Notes: generated from the letters alone by a model not told the origin. DNA of 64,000 nucleotides from Bradymonadia bacterium (GCA_046290225.1 JBKAGE010000079.1:1-64000), one strand, 5' to 3'. Numbered from the stretch's first letter, positions 50,245 to 62,000 are shown. Made by a program: numbers and translations.

Positions 50245-50450
50245 CGAGGTCGTCCGTGACCCAGCCTCGCTAGAGGCATTCAGAGCAGTAGAGCCTCTTC
50301 AAGGCCTACTTCTGCCCATGCCCGCTCCATCCTCAAGACCATCCCCCCTGAGTCCGAGCGAGACGATGACATCTGTCCGGATCCTGATGTGTTGGGGTCT
50401 CGGCGGCACTGTGATCAAACCGGTGGAGAGGCCGGTCTGGGAGGGGATCC

Positions 50451-53400
50451 GTGAAGCACTCACTGTCAGCGTTGTGGATGATCAGCGCGGTGATGTTCGC
50501 CTGCGAGGGCGGAGATGATGGCAATCAGACATCAGAAACACCCGACGCCAGCCTTGCCGGCGGCATCAGCGGGGAGGCCGGCTCTGGTGGTGGAGCTGCA
50601 GGTGCCGGTGGGGAGGCCGGCGCTGGCGGGGACATCGGCGGCGCTGGCGGTGCGCTCGGAGGGGTCGGTGGTGAGGCTGGCACAGGTGGAGAGCCTGGAG
50701 GCGCAGGTGGGGAGGCCGGCGTCGGTGGCGAAACGGGCGGCGCTGGGGGCGAAGCCGGTGCAGGTGGTGAAGCGGGCGGCGCAGGTGGGGAGGCCGGTGC
50801 TGGTGGCGAAACTGGCGGCGCAGGCGGCGTAGGCGGCGAGGCCGGAGGCGCCGGCGGCGAGGCTGGCGGTGCTGGGGGCGAAGCTGGCGCAGGCGGTGAA
50901 GCGGGCGGCGCTGGTGGAGAGGCCGGTGCCGGTGGCGAAGCGGGTGGTGCCGGCGGCGTTGGCGGCGCTGGGGGGGCCGCACCGGCCGTTGTGTGTGGTG
51001 ATGGCTTCGTCGAAGGCTTCGAAGAGTGCGATGACGACAACCTCTTCGAGGGAGATGGCTGCGATGCGACGTGTCAGCTCGAGGTGCCCGATGTGCGGCA
51101 CGTGGAGCCTGACGGTCGTGAAGCCCCCTTCGATCTGAATTTCGACGAGACCGGCACTGCGTCGGTCATCTTTCAATTCCAGGCCCCAGGAGAAGCGGAC
51201 TGGTTCCGGTTCTCGGTGGACGCGGCCACGGACATGACGTTCGAGACCAGTGGCCTCTTCGAGGCTGCCTGCTCAGGTGACATCTATCTCGAGATCTTCG
51301 CCGAGGGTGAAGAGACCCCCATCGTGGGCGACGACGACGATGGCGTGGGGCTGTGCGCATTGATCACACCCCAGCGGGACGAGGGCGCTCGGCGCTTGGG
51401 CCCTGGTGCATACTTGGTGCGGGTGCGTCCCTCGTTGCCCGACGACGTCATTGGGTGGCATCGCCTCGTGGTCCGTCAGGTGGGCCAGCTGTTGCCTCAG
51501 GATCCATGTGACGAGGTGGGCCGGATGGGTCGCTGTGTGGACGGCAGTTTCTGTGACGCTCTGCTCGATGATCCTGTCTGTGTGAGTCACGGATGCAGTG
51601 ACGGTCGCCGAGGGCCTGCAGAAGAGTGTGACGATCGCAACCTCGTCAACGGTGACGGATGCGACGACACATGCGCCATCGAGACCCCTGGCGTTCGGGC
51701 CACCGAGCCTGACAGCGCCGAGTCGCCCAATGCGCTGCTCTTCGATCTCAGCGGCAGGGCAGAGGTGCTCTTCACCCTCAACCCCGAGCAGGACGAAGAC
51801 TGGTTCTTCCTGAATGTAGAGCCCGGAGTCGACGAACTGCGCATCTCTACGGCGGCCTGGTTTGGTGATGGCGATTGTGCCGGAGACACCACCCTCACGC
51901 TGTACCGAGCCGGTGAGGCAGGACTGGAAGAGGTGGCCTCCGACGACGACGATGGTGCGGGCGGGCTGTGCGCTCGACTCGACCCTGCCCGGGATCCCGA
52001 GATGGTGAACCTGGAGCCAGGGGGCTATCTGATTCGGGCGGCGAGCTTCAACGGTACGATCACGGGTCTCAACCGCCTCGTGGTGGCCAAGATCGGCCGC
52101 GTAGACGTGGGCCTGCCCTGTGTGTCAGAGGATCTCGATCGGCCGTGTGTCGAGGGCGCATATTGCCCTGAGGCAGGCGAGGCGCCTGTGTGTACGCTCC
52201 ACGCCTGTGGTGATGGCCGCGTGGCCCCTGCGGAGGAGTGCGACGACGGTGATCAGCAAGGCGGCGACGGGTGCAGCGCCCTGTGTGAATTCGAGCTGCC
52301 CTACACCGAGCGACACGAGCCGGACGCCGAGGACGCGGCGTTGAGTCTCAACTTCTTCGATGGCGAGGCGAGAGGTCTCTTTGAGCTGGCCACGGCCGGT
52401 GACGTGGACTGGTTCGCATTCTCTCTCGAAGCCCCCGTCGATCTGCGGATTCACACCGAGGCCCACGCGGGCGAAGGCTGTGAAGGGGACATTTCGATGG
52501 TTCTCTATGCCGCTGGCGCCGAGCCTGTGCCCGTGGCCAGCGATGATGACGACGGCCCGGAAGGGTGCGCACGTCTGGACCACATCGTCGACGATGCGCT
52601 GCGAGACCTGCCCGCTGGAGATTATCTGATCGCGATCAGCGGCTTCCTCGATCTGCCTGCAGGTTTGAACCGCATCACCCTCACCCAAATCCCCCGGCTG
52701 GAGGAGGGCGGGGCCTGTCGTTCGGATGGCGCCGAGGGGCGCTGTGGCGCAGGGCTGGTGTGCGGTCGGGTGATCGACGGGCTGGGGAGCTGCCTGCCCG
52801 AGGGGTGCGGCAACGGGTTCCCTGATCCCGGTGAGGCCTGTGACGACGGCAACGCGAATGACGCTGATGCATGCAGCAACCTGTGCGCTCTGAATCAGCC
52901 CCGGGAGTCGGAGCCCAACGATGTTGATGGCGAAGCTTTTGGTGCGTCCCCCGACGCTGGAGACGCGCCCTGGTACATCGTGCACACACTGGCAGCCGAC
53001 GACGTCGATCGGTTCACCTTCGAGGTGGTGGGCACCATCCACGACGTCGAGCTCTGGACGGTGGATGGCTTTGGTCGATGCCCTGGAGCCATCAGAGGCT
53101 ACGTCACCGCAACCGGCGCCGAGAGTGTGCTCGCCGAGACGGAGAGCGCCTGTGCGCGTTGGACTGCCCGAGATCTGGCGCCAGGCAGCTACACAGTGCA
53201 CATCACCGCCACGGGCGATGCCGTGGGCACGGCGCTGGCCAGCAGGGCTCGCCTCATCGACATCAGCGATGTCGGAGGCCCGTGTGACGATGGAGCGGCC
53301 CGATGCAGCGATAGGGCGTGGTGTGGTGGAGGCACGTGCGTGGCGCACCGTTGTGGCGACGGGCTGCTGGCCCCTGCTGAGGAGTGCGATGACGGCAATG

Positions 53401-54836
53401 ACGCATCCGAAGATGGCTGCAGTGCGCTGTGTACTCGGGAGGACATCACCGATGTCTCTACTGGAGGTCGCTTCGATGGTGGCTTCGAGGAAGAAGGCAG
53501 TGATCTCTACCCCTTCACTCTCGAAGGGCGTGGTGAGGTGACCGGTCACGTGGAAGATGCCGAGGGTGGCTGTGCCGAGCTGGTGGAGCTTTCATTGGAG
53601 CAGATGAGCGAGGGTGCCTGGCAAGCCGTGGAGTGGCCCGCCCCCGAAGGTGCCCAGGGCGATTTCTGCGCGCCCCGTGTGGCGGATCTGGCTGCGGGTG
53701 ACTACCGCGTCGTGGCCAGCGGCTTCCTCGGCGCCGGCAGTGGTCCCTACACCCTGGTGGTCGATGTGGTGGACCTGCTCGAGGCCGGCGCTGCCTGTAC
53801 TCCAGAGGCGGTGTCTACGCGCTGTGCGGACGATTTGACCTGCATCGCCGAAGGCGAAGGACACATGTGTGGCTTCCCGACGTCCGCCGCCGAGGTGAGT
53901 GCTGGGGGTGCCTTCGAGGGTGGCTTCCAGGCTGAGGGCGCCGATGACTTCACCTTCAACCTCGAGGCTTCTACCTTGATGAGCGCGGCGCTCTCTGATG
54001 AGGCTGGACGATGCGAAGAAGCTGTGATGACGCTGCTCGCAGAGCAGGGCGCCCATCTCGCGCCCGAGGCCGAGGCACTCGGCGGCGCCGGGCAGTGTCC
54101 GTCGATGACCGTGGAGGTCTCAGCGGGTGATCACCGCTTGCGGGTGACGGGGTATGAAGGGGCTGCCGTGGAGGCCTACACCCTGTCCGTAGCGTTCCAG
54201 ACGATCCGCGAATCTGGCGAGCAGTGTGATCGCAGCGGCCTGTTGGACACTTGCCGCTCTGGCTCGACGTGTTTGATGACCGAGGTAGACGGCACTGGGG
54301 TATGTGGGATCTTCTCGCCTGCTGTATCCGAGGCCGAAGTCGAACCCAACCAGACCGCTGCTCAGGCCCGGGTGTACGCCCCCGATGCCATCGTGCGAGG
54401 TCGCTTGCAAGCAGACGGGGAAGCCGCAGATCTCTGGGATGTGGTGCACGTGGAGATCGATGAGGAGACGCTGCTTCTGGCCCGCACGGGCGATGAGGCT
54501 GGCGGGTGCGGCGCTCAGCAGGACACCCAGCTCTATCGTGTGGACGCCGCTGTGCTCGATGCAGACGGTATAGACGCCGCCATCGCGGGTGCCCTGGCGA
54601 GCAATGATGACGATGAGGGTACGGTGTGTAGCCGCCTCGAAGAGGCTCTGCCTGCAGGTCGACACACGTATGTGGTGCAGACCTTCGGTCGCGCCTTGTC
54701 CTTCGACTACACCTTCACAGTGCGTGCCGCGACTGCAACCGGTGAGCGGTGTGACGCCGCCGGGGTGCAGACTTTCTGTGGTCAGGGGGCGAGCTGCATG
54801 GATGCCGACGGCGACGGCGACGGCCTGTGTCAGTGA
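50451..54836 (+). CDS. Large lipoprotein with myxobacterial Cys-rich (DUF4215-like) repeats alternating with PPC-like domains
   Basis: Lipobox MFAC; Gly-rich linker; repeated CGDG....EECDD.N....DGC...C; EPD/EPN..D.DWF..DDDDG..C modules. Confidence 0.82.
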   Translation: MKHSLSALWMISAVMFACEGGDDGNQTSETPDASLAGGISGEAGSGGGAAGAGGEAGAGGDIGGAGGALGGVGGEAGTGGEPGGAGGEAGVGGETGGAGGEAGAGGEAGGAGGEAGAGGETGGAGGVGGEAGGAGGEAGGAGGEAGAGGEAGGAGGEAGAGGEAGGAGGVGGAGGAAPAVVCGDGFVEGFEECDDDNLFEGDGCDATCQLEVPDVRHVEPDGREAPFDLNFDETGTASVIFQFQAPGEADWFRFSVDAATDMTFETSGLFEAACSGDIYLEIFAEGEETPIVGDDDDGVGLCALITPQRDEGARRLGPGAYLVRVRPSLPDDVIGWHRLVVRQVGQLLPQDPCDEVGRMGRCVDGSFCDALLDDPVCVSHGCSDGRRGPAEECDDRNLVNGDGCDDTCAIETPGVRATEPDSAESPNALLFDLSGRAEVLFTLNPEQDEDWFFLNVEPGVDELRISTAAWFGDGDCAGDTTLTLYRAGEAGLEEVASDDDDGAGGLCARLDPARDPEMVNLEPGGYLIRAASFNGTITGLNRLVVAKIGRVDVGLPCVSEDLDRPCVEGAYCPEAGEAPVCTLHACGDGRVAPAEECDDGDQQGGDGCSALCEFELPYTERHEPDAEDAALSLNFFDGEARGLFELATAGDVDWFAFSLEAPVDLRIHTEAHAGEGCEGDISMVLYAAGAEPVPVASDDDDGPEGCARLDHIVDDALRDLPAGDYLIAISGFLDLPAGLNRITLTQIPRLEEGGACRSDGAEGRCGAGLVCGRVIDGLGSCLPEGCGNGFPDPGEACDDGNANDADACSNLCALNQPRESEPNDVDGEAFGASPDAGDAPWYIVHTLAADDVDRFTFEVVGTIHDVELWTVDGFGRCPGAIRGYVTATGAESVLAETESACARWTARDLAPGSYTVHITATGDAVGTALASRARLIDISDVGGPCDDGAARCSDRAWCGGGTCVAHRCGDGLLAPAEECDDGNDASEDGCSALCTREDITDVSTGGRFDGGFEEEGSDLYPFTLEGRGEVTGHVEDAEGGCAELVELSLEQMSEGAWQAVEWPAPEGAQGDFCAPRVADLAAGDYRVVASGFLGAGSGPYTLVVDVVDLLEAGAACTPEAVSTRCADDLTCIAEGEGHMCGFPTSAAEVSAGGAFEGGFQAEGADDFTFNLEASTLMSAALSDEAGRCEEAVMTLLAEQGAHLAPEAEALGGAGQCPSMTVEVSAGDHRLRVTGYEGAAVEAYTLSVAFQTIRESGEQCDRSGLLDTCRSGSTCLMTEVDGTGVCGIFSPAVSEAEVEPNQTAAQARVYAPDAIVRGRLQADGEAADLWDVVHVEIDEETLLLARTGDEAGGCGAQQDTQLYRVDAAVLDADGIDAAIAGALASNDDDEGTVCSRLEEALPAGRHTYVVQTFGRALSFDYTFTVRAATATGERCDAAGVQTFCGQGASCMDADGDGDGLCQ
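50590..50980 (+). repeat. Coding Gly/Ala/Glu low-complexity repeats (GGEAGAGGEAGGA)
   Basis: In-frame imperfect tandem repeats. Confidence 0.75.
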
Positions 54837-54846
54837 GCGTGATGCT

Positions 54847-56769
54847 TCACTGAATCTGATCGGCGATGAGGTGCAGCCAGGGGCTCCCTGCGTCTGCGGA
54901 GGCCGGGCCCCCACTCAGGCTCAGGGGAATGGGCAGGGCATCATCGCCCTGGGTGAAGACCTGATCTGCGATCATCGAGGCGATGCTTTGTGCGAGCTGC
55001 GCTGAGAACAGCTCGGTCTGCGTCACGTTCACTGGCCCCCGGGGCGTGCTCACCACGTCGGCGAGGACCTCGATCTGCAAATCAGAGCTGAGGCCGTCAC
55101 TGGCGTCGAGATCTTCAGCGTCGAGGGCCACCCCAGCGTCGATGTGCAGCGACACCAGCACGAGCACTTCACCGGCAGCAGAGACCTCGAGCAGCAGCTC
55201 GGGCAGCACGATGTGCAAAGGCCGGTCACCTGACACCAGGCTGGCCATGGGGGCGAGGAGAGGGCGCGTCTGGATCACCACCGGGGTCTCAGGGGGGATG
55301 CCCTCGGCCGCCGAGCCCAGGGCGTTTCTGAGGCTGCCCACATTGAGGGGAGGCAGCGCGCCTTCGCCCCCAAGCTCGAGGTTGAGGTCGAGGGCGCCAG
55401 TGGACCACGCCCCGTGCAAAATCCTGTTGATGAAGTCGAGGGAGAAGGCCACATCGAGGGGGGCTTGCCCCTGGTGGCTCGGCATGCCGCCCAGGGGGGG
55501 CAGGGTGCGGGCTTGAAGGACCGGATCCGCCACTGTTGCGGAGGCGTCCATCTGCACCGAGACGCCAGCCCGGCTCATGTCGACATCGGTGATCCCAAGG
55601 CGCATCTCCACTGTCTGCTCACCAAAGGTCACGGCACGGGTGAGGGCCGCAGGATCGAAGAGCTCGGCGATGACAGCCATGCGAACTGCATCAGCGATGG
55701 AGGTCTGAATCGTGTTGCGTACAGTGTCTTCGAACCAGCCCTCAGCGAATTCGGGCACGAAGGGGATGTCGTACTCGAAGTTTCGCAGCACCACAGAGGC
55801 TCCGAGGACGTCGAGGCCGAGACTGCCATCGGGGGTGGGGAACACGTCGACTCGGGTCTCCACCTCAAGGGGATCTGCGTCTCCGGTTCCCGAGAAGGTG
55901 ATCTCAATGCCGAGATCCACCACGCCGGAGAGGCCAACATGCAGTGTGTCGACCTCGAGGCGGACATTGAGGTGATCCTCTCGGGGCCGAAGGGCCAGCC
56001 GAATCTCGCCGTGCTCGAGGGCGGTGAGGGTCACCCCCTCGGGCATGTTGGCTTCGAAATAAGGTCGAAGTTCGAGCTCGTTGGCGAAGACCGTGAGCAG
56101 CTCGGAGACATCTTGGAGGCCTTGCTCGGACATGAAGACCGAGAGGGCTTCGACCTCGGCGTTGGGATCAGCAGTGGCCCCTACGAGGACCGACCGACGA
56201 TCTTCCGCCTGGGTGGCGTTGTCCCGAGCCTGGGCCACGAGGGTGTTGATCCCGTGACTCAGAGGGACCTCTACAGAGAAGTCGCCATTGGCATCGGGCA
56301 CCACGGCCTCACCAGCGACGGTGAGGGTGGGGGATTCGCCGCCCTGAACCCAGCCAGAGACCACCACGTGATCTCCGCTCAGGCGCACACCCCGAGCAGG
56401 CTCGGTGATGACCAGCTGGACCGGGCCGGGTCCTGGCGGTGGGCCGCCTGCTGCGCCGCCAGATCCGCCAGGAGGTGGCCCCCCTGCGACACCGCCAGCG
56501 CCCGCTGCGCCGCCCTCACCCCCAGCGCCACCTGCACCTGCCATGGGGGCTGGGGGTCGGCCGCCGTTGCCACCTGCGCCCCCTGTGGGGGTCTCCACAC
56601 CACCAGACCCCCCAGTGGGGATGCCATCGGGGGGCGTGCCCTCCTGATGATTCGAGGGGCCCTCGGGTAGAGGGGTGCTCTCGTCACCTCCGCAGGCGGC
56701 GATGCACAGGGCGAGGCCGGTGAAGATGGCCCATCGGCCCATGCTCGAGGTCAGCGTGGTGTGTTTCAT
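54847..56769 (-). CDS. Lipoprotein with an Ig-like domain and a possible BPI/LBP-like lipid-binding region
   Basis: Lipobox IAAC; Gly/Pro linker; Ig motif GDFSVEVPLSHGINTL; FMSEQGL and AFSLDFINRILHGAWSTG; fold is inferred. Confidence 0.65.
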   Translation of the reverse strand: MKHTTLTSSMGRWAIFTGLALCIAACGGDESTPLPEGPSNHQEGTPPDGIPTGGSGGVETPTGGAGGNGGRPPAPMAGAGGAGGEGGAAGAGGVAGGPPPGGSGGAAGGPPPGPGPVQLVITEPARGVRLSGDHVVVSGWVQGGESPTLTVAGEAVVPDANGDFSVEVPLSHGINTLVAQARDNATQAEDRRSVLVGATADPNAEVEALSVFMSEQGLQDVSELLTVFANELELRPYFEANMPEGVTLTALEHGEIRLALRPREDHLNVRLEVDTLHVGLSGVVDLGIEITFSGTGDADPLEVETRVDVFPTPDGSLGLDVLGASVVLRNFEYDIPFVPEFAEGWFEDTVRNTIQTSIADAVRMAVIAELFDPAALTRAVTFGEQTVEMRLGITDVDMSRAGVSVQMDASATVADPVLQARTLPPLGGMPSHQGQAPLDVAFSLDFINRILHGAWSTGALDLNLELGGEGALPPLNVGSLRNALGSAAEGIPPETPVVIQTRPLLAPMASLVSGDRPLHIVLPELLLEVSAAGEVLVLVSLHIDAGVALDAEDLDASDGLSSDLQIEVLADVVSTPRGPVNVTQTELFSAQLAQSIASMIADQVFTQGDDALPIPLSLSGGPASADAGSPWLHLIADQIQ

Positions 56770-57075
56770 GGCCACTCAGTTTAGCGAAGGACGTGCCACC
56801 CAGCGTGAAGTCTTGGTGACAGGTAAATCAAGGGGGGTGCTGGACTTTGTCACCACAAATCGCCTGTGATAACCACAGAAGTGTGTCCGATCTTCAGCGT
56901 GGCGGAGCATGGCCCGTCGTCTGCCCGTGCTGGGGTCGGCGCCCCTCATCGTCCGAGGGCAACTGGTCACCCTGGTGGCCACCAAAATGCCTCGGGGGCG
57001 CTTTTTGGCGACCCCCCCTTTCAGAGGCCCCGGTCTCGATGACGATTTCCTCACTGGGCGAGACAGGAGAGGTTT

Positions 57076-58929
57076 ATGGGCGACGATCTGCGTAGAGGAC
57101 ACGGCGAGGCCGGTCTGGACAAGGACTACGAGGCAGAGGCCAAGGCGGCCCGAGATCTCCTCGGTGAAGGCAAGCTCGCCGAAGCGGCGCAGCGGATGGC
57201 GGCGGTGCTCACCGCTGATCCCACACGGGAAGACTGGATCGTCCTCATCGACGACATCTTGTCTCAGGCCGCCGACCCGCTGGCGCTGCTCGACTTCAGC
57301 ACCCCACGTGTAGAGGTGGGCCAGGTGGCGGTGCAAGCCCGCGCCCTGGTGCACGAAGGTGAGCTCACCGAGGCCCTGGCCCTGCTGTCGCAGGTCTCCG
57401 CGGCCCGGCCCGAGGTGCCGTTCCTCACCTGGGCGGAGTCCTGGCTGGACGAGTACCCCGAGGCGCTCACCGATCTCGAGCCCGATCTCATGGGTGATCA
57501 GGTGGTGGGACCGTGCCTGAGGGCCCTCGGGGAGATGCCCGCGCCCCTCGACGAGGCTGATCCTCGTCGCCTGCTGGTGGCGGCCTTCGAGGCCCTGTGC
57601 AGGCGTTGCCGGGATCACTGGCCCGAGCAGCCCCTGCTCTGGTCTGCTGGCGCCTCCGCGGCGCGGCGCCTGGGGCGGCTGAGCGAAGCCGTGACCCTCG
57701 CCCGTCAGGGGGTGAAGCTCGGTGAAGACTGGCACACCTGTGTGGGCCTCGCCTGCGCCCTGAGAGATGCGGGCCGGGTCGACGAGGCAGTGACTTTCTA
57801 CCGCCAGGCGTTGACCTACGAGCCCGAGGACATCACCGCCCGCCTCGACATCGCCGACACCCTGCTCGATTGTGGTCGCCTCGAGGGCGCCATCGAGGCC
57901 TACGAAGAGGTCCTCAGCCGGCACCCGGCGCACCCTTGGGCGCGGCCCTCGGTGCACTACACGCGCTTCCGCCATGGGGGCAGCCCCACCGAGCGGGCGG
58001 CGTTGTTGTCCATCGCTGATCGCGATCCGATGAACCTGAGGGCGCAGCAGCTCGCCGACGAGCTCGACCCGCCCACGCCCTACGTGAACCGGTTGCCCGG
58101 GCCCGCTGATGCCACGGTGCACGCCCTTCAGCAGGTGGTGGAGCAGATCCGCTTCGAGCCTGCGCGGTACCGTAAGAGCAGCCTCGAGTTGAGGGTGAGC
58201 GCCCTCGAGTCGCCGAGCGCTCTGGTGGCGTGGCGCATGCAACTCATGAAGCTCAAGGCCCACGTCTCCCTCGATCTCAAGGTGCAGTCGGTGCCCACCC
58301 CTGATCCGCGGGTGCCCCGGACCGACGTGGACTTCCGCATCTGGATGTACGACGGGGTCACCCCCCGGCCGGCGTTCCCGCCCCCCTCCGGGGCCACTGC
58401 CGAGGCGCTGGTGCACAGCATCGGTGAGATCGCCCGGCGGCCCTACCGCCTCGAGTCGTGGTCCACGCTCGGCAAGAAGCTCGCCAGCGGCCCCCTCGTG
58501 GAGTCGGCGGGGCCGGAGGCCATGGAGATTTTGCTGGGTGCCATGCTCTACCCCCCTGCGCCTCCGCCGGAGCGCGAGGTGGTGGAGTGGGTGCAGCGCG
58601 TGCAAATCGCCGCAGCCATGACCCTGGCCTGGCTCGGCGACGAGAAAGACGGTGGCAAGGCTGCCCTCGGTGCCTTGAGATCGCTGGCCCTGGGCCCAGT
58701 GGACTGGGTGAACGGCGCGGCCCTGGTGGCGTACACCGCACGGGTCAAAGCCAACCCCACGCTGCGACCACAGCTTGAGGCCATCTTCACCGAGCTGGCC
58801 CGCACGCTCTCTGATCAGGGCTATACCGCCTACGAGCTGCCTCTGGCGTCCTGCTGGTTGAGCCTCGGCGCCCACAGCCACGCCCGTCAGGTGCAGCTGA
58901 GCACCTGGGTGAAGAGCCTGTTGGGCTGA
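57076..58929 (+). CDS. Tetratricopeptide repeat protein
   Basis: LGRLSEAV, AGRVDEAVTFYRQAL..EP, GRLEGAIEAYEEVL..HP; AGGAGAGG RBS. Confidence 0.85.
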   Translation: MGDDLRRGHGEAGLDKDYEAEAKAARDLLGEGKLAEAAQRMAAVLTADPTREDWIVLIDDILSQAADPLALLDFSTPRVEVGQVAVQARALVHEGELTEALALLSQVSAARPEVPFLTWAESWLDEYPEALTDLEPDLMGDQVVGPCLRALGEMPAPLDEADPRRLLVAAFEALCRRCRDHWPEQPLLWSAGASAARRLGRLSEAVTLARQGVKLGEDWHTCVGLACALRDAGRVDEAVTFYRQALTYEPEDITARLDIADTLLDCGRLEGAIEAYEEVLSRHPAHPWARPSVHYTRFRHGGSPTERAALLSIADRDPMNLRAQQLADELDPPTPYVNRLPGPADATVHALQQVVEQIRFEPARYRKSSLELRVSALESPSALVAWRMQLMKLKAHVSLDLKVQSVPTPDPRVPRTDVDFRIWMYDGVTPRPAFPPPSGATAEALVHSIGEIARRPYRLESWSTLGKKLASGPLVESAGPEAMEILLGAMLYPPAPPPEREVVEWVQRVQIAAAMTLAWLGDEKDGGKAALGALRSLALGPVDWVNGAALVAYTARVKANPTLRPQLEAIFTELARTLSDQGYTAYELPLASCWLSLGAHSHARQVQLSTWVKSLLG

Positions 58930-59004
58930 TCTGAGCCCCCCACCCATGGCCTGCTCAGGTCATGGGTCCATCCCCACCCCCTCGACCCCCCCTCCACCTA
59001 CCTA

Positions 59005-59023
59005 CTTCTAAAACCTTCTAAAA
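59005..59023 (+). promoter_or_regulatory. Direct repeat upstream of the S8 protease
   Basis: CTTCTAAAA twice with a 10-bp period in an AT-rich patch; TATGAT at 59044-59049. Confidence 0.4.
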
Positions 59024-59044
59024 TTTCTCTCGATTGAACGGGGT

Positions 59045-62000
59045 ATGATGAAGCACACCCCCCGTTCTATCCGTCGCCGCCCTCAGGGCCGGCACCTCTC
59101 CAACCTCGCGATGACTTTGTGGTCACTGCCCCTGATCGCCATGGTGATGAGCGGGTGTACCCGGTCGAACCCCGCCAACGGGCCAGGGGACGGGGACTTC
59201 GAACCGGATCTGGCGGCGCCCTTCATCGAGGGGGAGCTGCTGGCGCGGTTCCCCGTGGGCATGACCCGGGAAGAGGTCCAGGCCCGCGTGGAGCCCTGGG
59301 GTGGCCAGGTGCTCGACGGCCTCACCTCGGAAGATCTGGAGGTGATGTCCGAGTCCACCATGGTGCACCTCGGCGGCACATGGCGCATCGGCCTGCCCAG
59401 CGGGGTCACCGTGGAGGAGGGCATCGAGCTCCTCGGCGCCGAGGACGATCTGGTGCTCGCGGAGCCCAACCACATCGTCGAGGCGGTGAAGACCCCGAAC
59501 GATCCCGACTACAACCAGCTGTACGGCATGGAGAAGATCAGCGCGCCGCTGGCCTGGGACGTGACCACCGGCAGCCGCGACGTGGTGGTGGCGGTCATCG
59601 ACACCGGGGTGGACTACAACCACCCCGATCTCGCCGACAACATCTGGACCAACCCCGGTGAGATCCCCGACAACGGGGTGGACGACGACGGGAACGGGTA
59701 CGTCGACGACTACTACGGCTACGACTTCTGCAACAACGACGCGGATCCCTTCGACGACCACTACCACGGCACCCACTGCGCTGGCACCGTGGCCGCCACC
59801 GGGGACAACAGCCGCGGCGTGCCCGGTGTGGCTTGGCGGGCGAGCATCATGTCGATCAAGTTCCTGTGTGGGAACGGCAGCGGCAGCTCCTGGGCCGCTG
59901 CTCGGGCGATCCGCTACGCCGTGGACAACGGCGCGGTCATCTCGAGCAACTCCTGGGGTGGCACCGGCCGGTCGAGCAGCATCTCCTCGGCCATCGACTA
60001 CGCCCGGGAGCGCGGTCAGCTCTTCATCGCTGCTGCGGGCAACTCCAACAAGAACATGGATCACACGAACTTCTATCCGGCGGGCTACGACCACGACAAC
60101 ATCATCAGCGTCGCCGCCAGCGACAGCAGTGATCGTCGGGCGAGCTTCAGCAACTACAGCAGCAGCCGGGTCGATCTCGCGGCCCCTGGTGTGCGCATCC
60201 GCAGCACGATCCCCAACAACCGCTACGGCAGCCTCTCGGGGACCAGCATGGCGGCGCCTCATGTCTCCGGCGCTGCGGTCCTGCTCAAGGCCCGCGATCC
60301 GGAGATGAGCTACGCCGCCGTGAAGAACCACCTGCTGGAGTCGGTGGATCCCTTGGACAACTGGAATGGCGTCGTGGCCACCGGCGGCCGGATGAACGTC
60401 GCCGCAGCCCTGGGCCGCGTGGCCCCGAAGCCCGAGGCACCCACTGGGGTGGTGGCCTCTGTGCTCGACGGCAGCCGGGCCGAGGTGAAGTGGCAGCCCA
60501 GCCCCGACGAAGGGGTGACCACCTACTACGTGCACCTCTACGACGCCGACGGCATGCCCATGCCCCCACTCGTGGCCATCGAGGGCCGGGACAACACTCA
60601 GGCGGTCCTCGGGCCCCTCGACGCCGGTGATTACCTGGTGGCGGTGAGTGCCCTGAACAGTGTCGGGGAGAGCGCGCAGTCACAGCAGGCGCGCTTCAGC
60701 CTCGTCGACGCAGATCCCCCGGCGCAGGTGCCTGATCTGCGGGTGACCCCCCTCGAGGGCGATCTCGTCGCCGTGGAGGGTGCCGAGGCCGACAGTGACT
60801 TCGGCCCCGACTGGACGGTGTCCCACCTCGTGGACGACGACGCGTCTACGGCGTGGGCCGCAGAGCCTTCTGCGGCTCAGCAGCCAGCCACGGTGGTCTT
60901 TGATCTGGGTCAGGTGAAGGATGTGGGCCAGGTGAAGCTGCGCCCCGCCGCGGGCTTCCCGGAGCTGTTCCCCCGGGCCTTCGAGGTGGCCGCCTCTGTG
61001 GACGGCGAGCAATGGACCACGGTGATCCGCGAGATCCCCGAGGGGCCGAACGATGGTGGGGTGATGGGCCGCGATCCCCTCGTCGAGTGGCACCCCTGGA
61101 TCATCGATCCCGTGCCCGCCCGCATGCTGCGCCTCACGGTGACTGAGCGGGCCGAGCACGAGGGCGGCCTCTTCTACGCTGTGGTGGGCGACGTGGCCTT
61201 CCACGAGCAGGCCCTCGACTCCAGCGCGCTGCTGGCGAGCTGGACGGCCCCCGGTGACGATGGCGGCGCCGGCCGCGCTGCTTCTTTTGACCTGCGGGCC
61301 GCTCCGGGCCTCACCGCCGATGGTTTCGACGCCGCTCCCAAGTTCCCCACGCCGGAGCCGGGCATGGCGGGCACCCGCCACTTCGCCACCCTCTCGGGCC
61401 TGCCCGGAGAGACCGAGATCGGGGTGGCCATCGCCGCCCGCGACGAGTCGGGCAACCGGGGTCCGCTGTCGAACATTGCCGTGGCCCGCACCCTCGGTGT
61501 GGCCCCTGGCGGCATCGACGATCTCGAGGTCACCGCCGACGGCGAGGCTGTGGTCCTGAGCTGGACGGCCCCCGCTGACGATGGTCGCGATCCCGCCAGT
61601 GGCCCTGTGGCCAGCGTGCGCATTCAGGTGTCGAACTCACCCCTCGACTCGGCCCACTGGGCCGACAGCGAGCCTCTTCAGGTGTCGGTGCAGCCTGTGG
61701 CCCCCGGCACCCGCCAGGTGGTCCGGGTGGAGAACCCCCTCGAGGCGCTGCCCCAGGGTCCGCGCTGGTTCTTCCGCGTGCGGGCCGTGGACGAGGCGGC
61801 CCTGCTGGGTCCCTGGTCCAACGAGGGCGCTCTCAACGCGCCCCCCCGCTTCGATCAGAGCCCCCCGGGGACCATCAGCTTCCTCAACGGCCACTATGTG
61901 GCGGCGTTGTCGCAGCCTGTGCTCATGGCCGTGGACGGCGACGCTGACCGGTTGGCCCTGCTCGATCGCGATCCCCGTACGGGCTGGATGGTGGAGGCCG

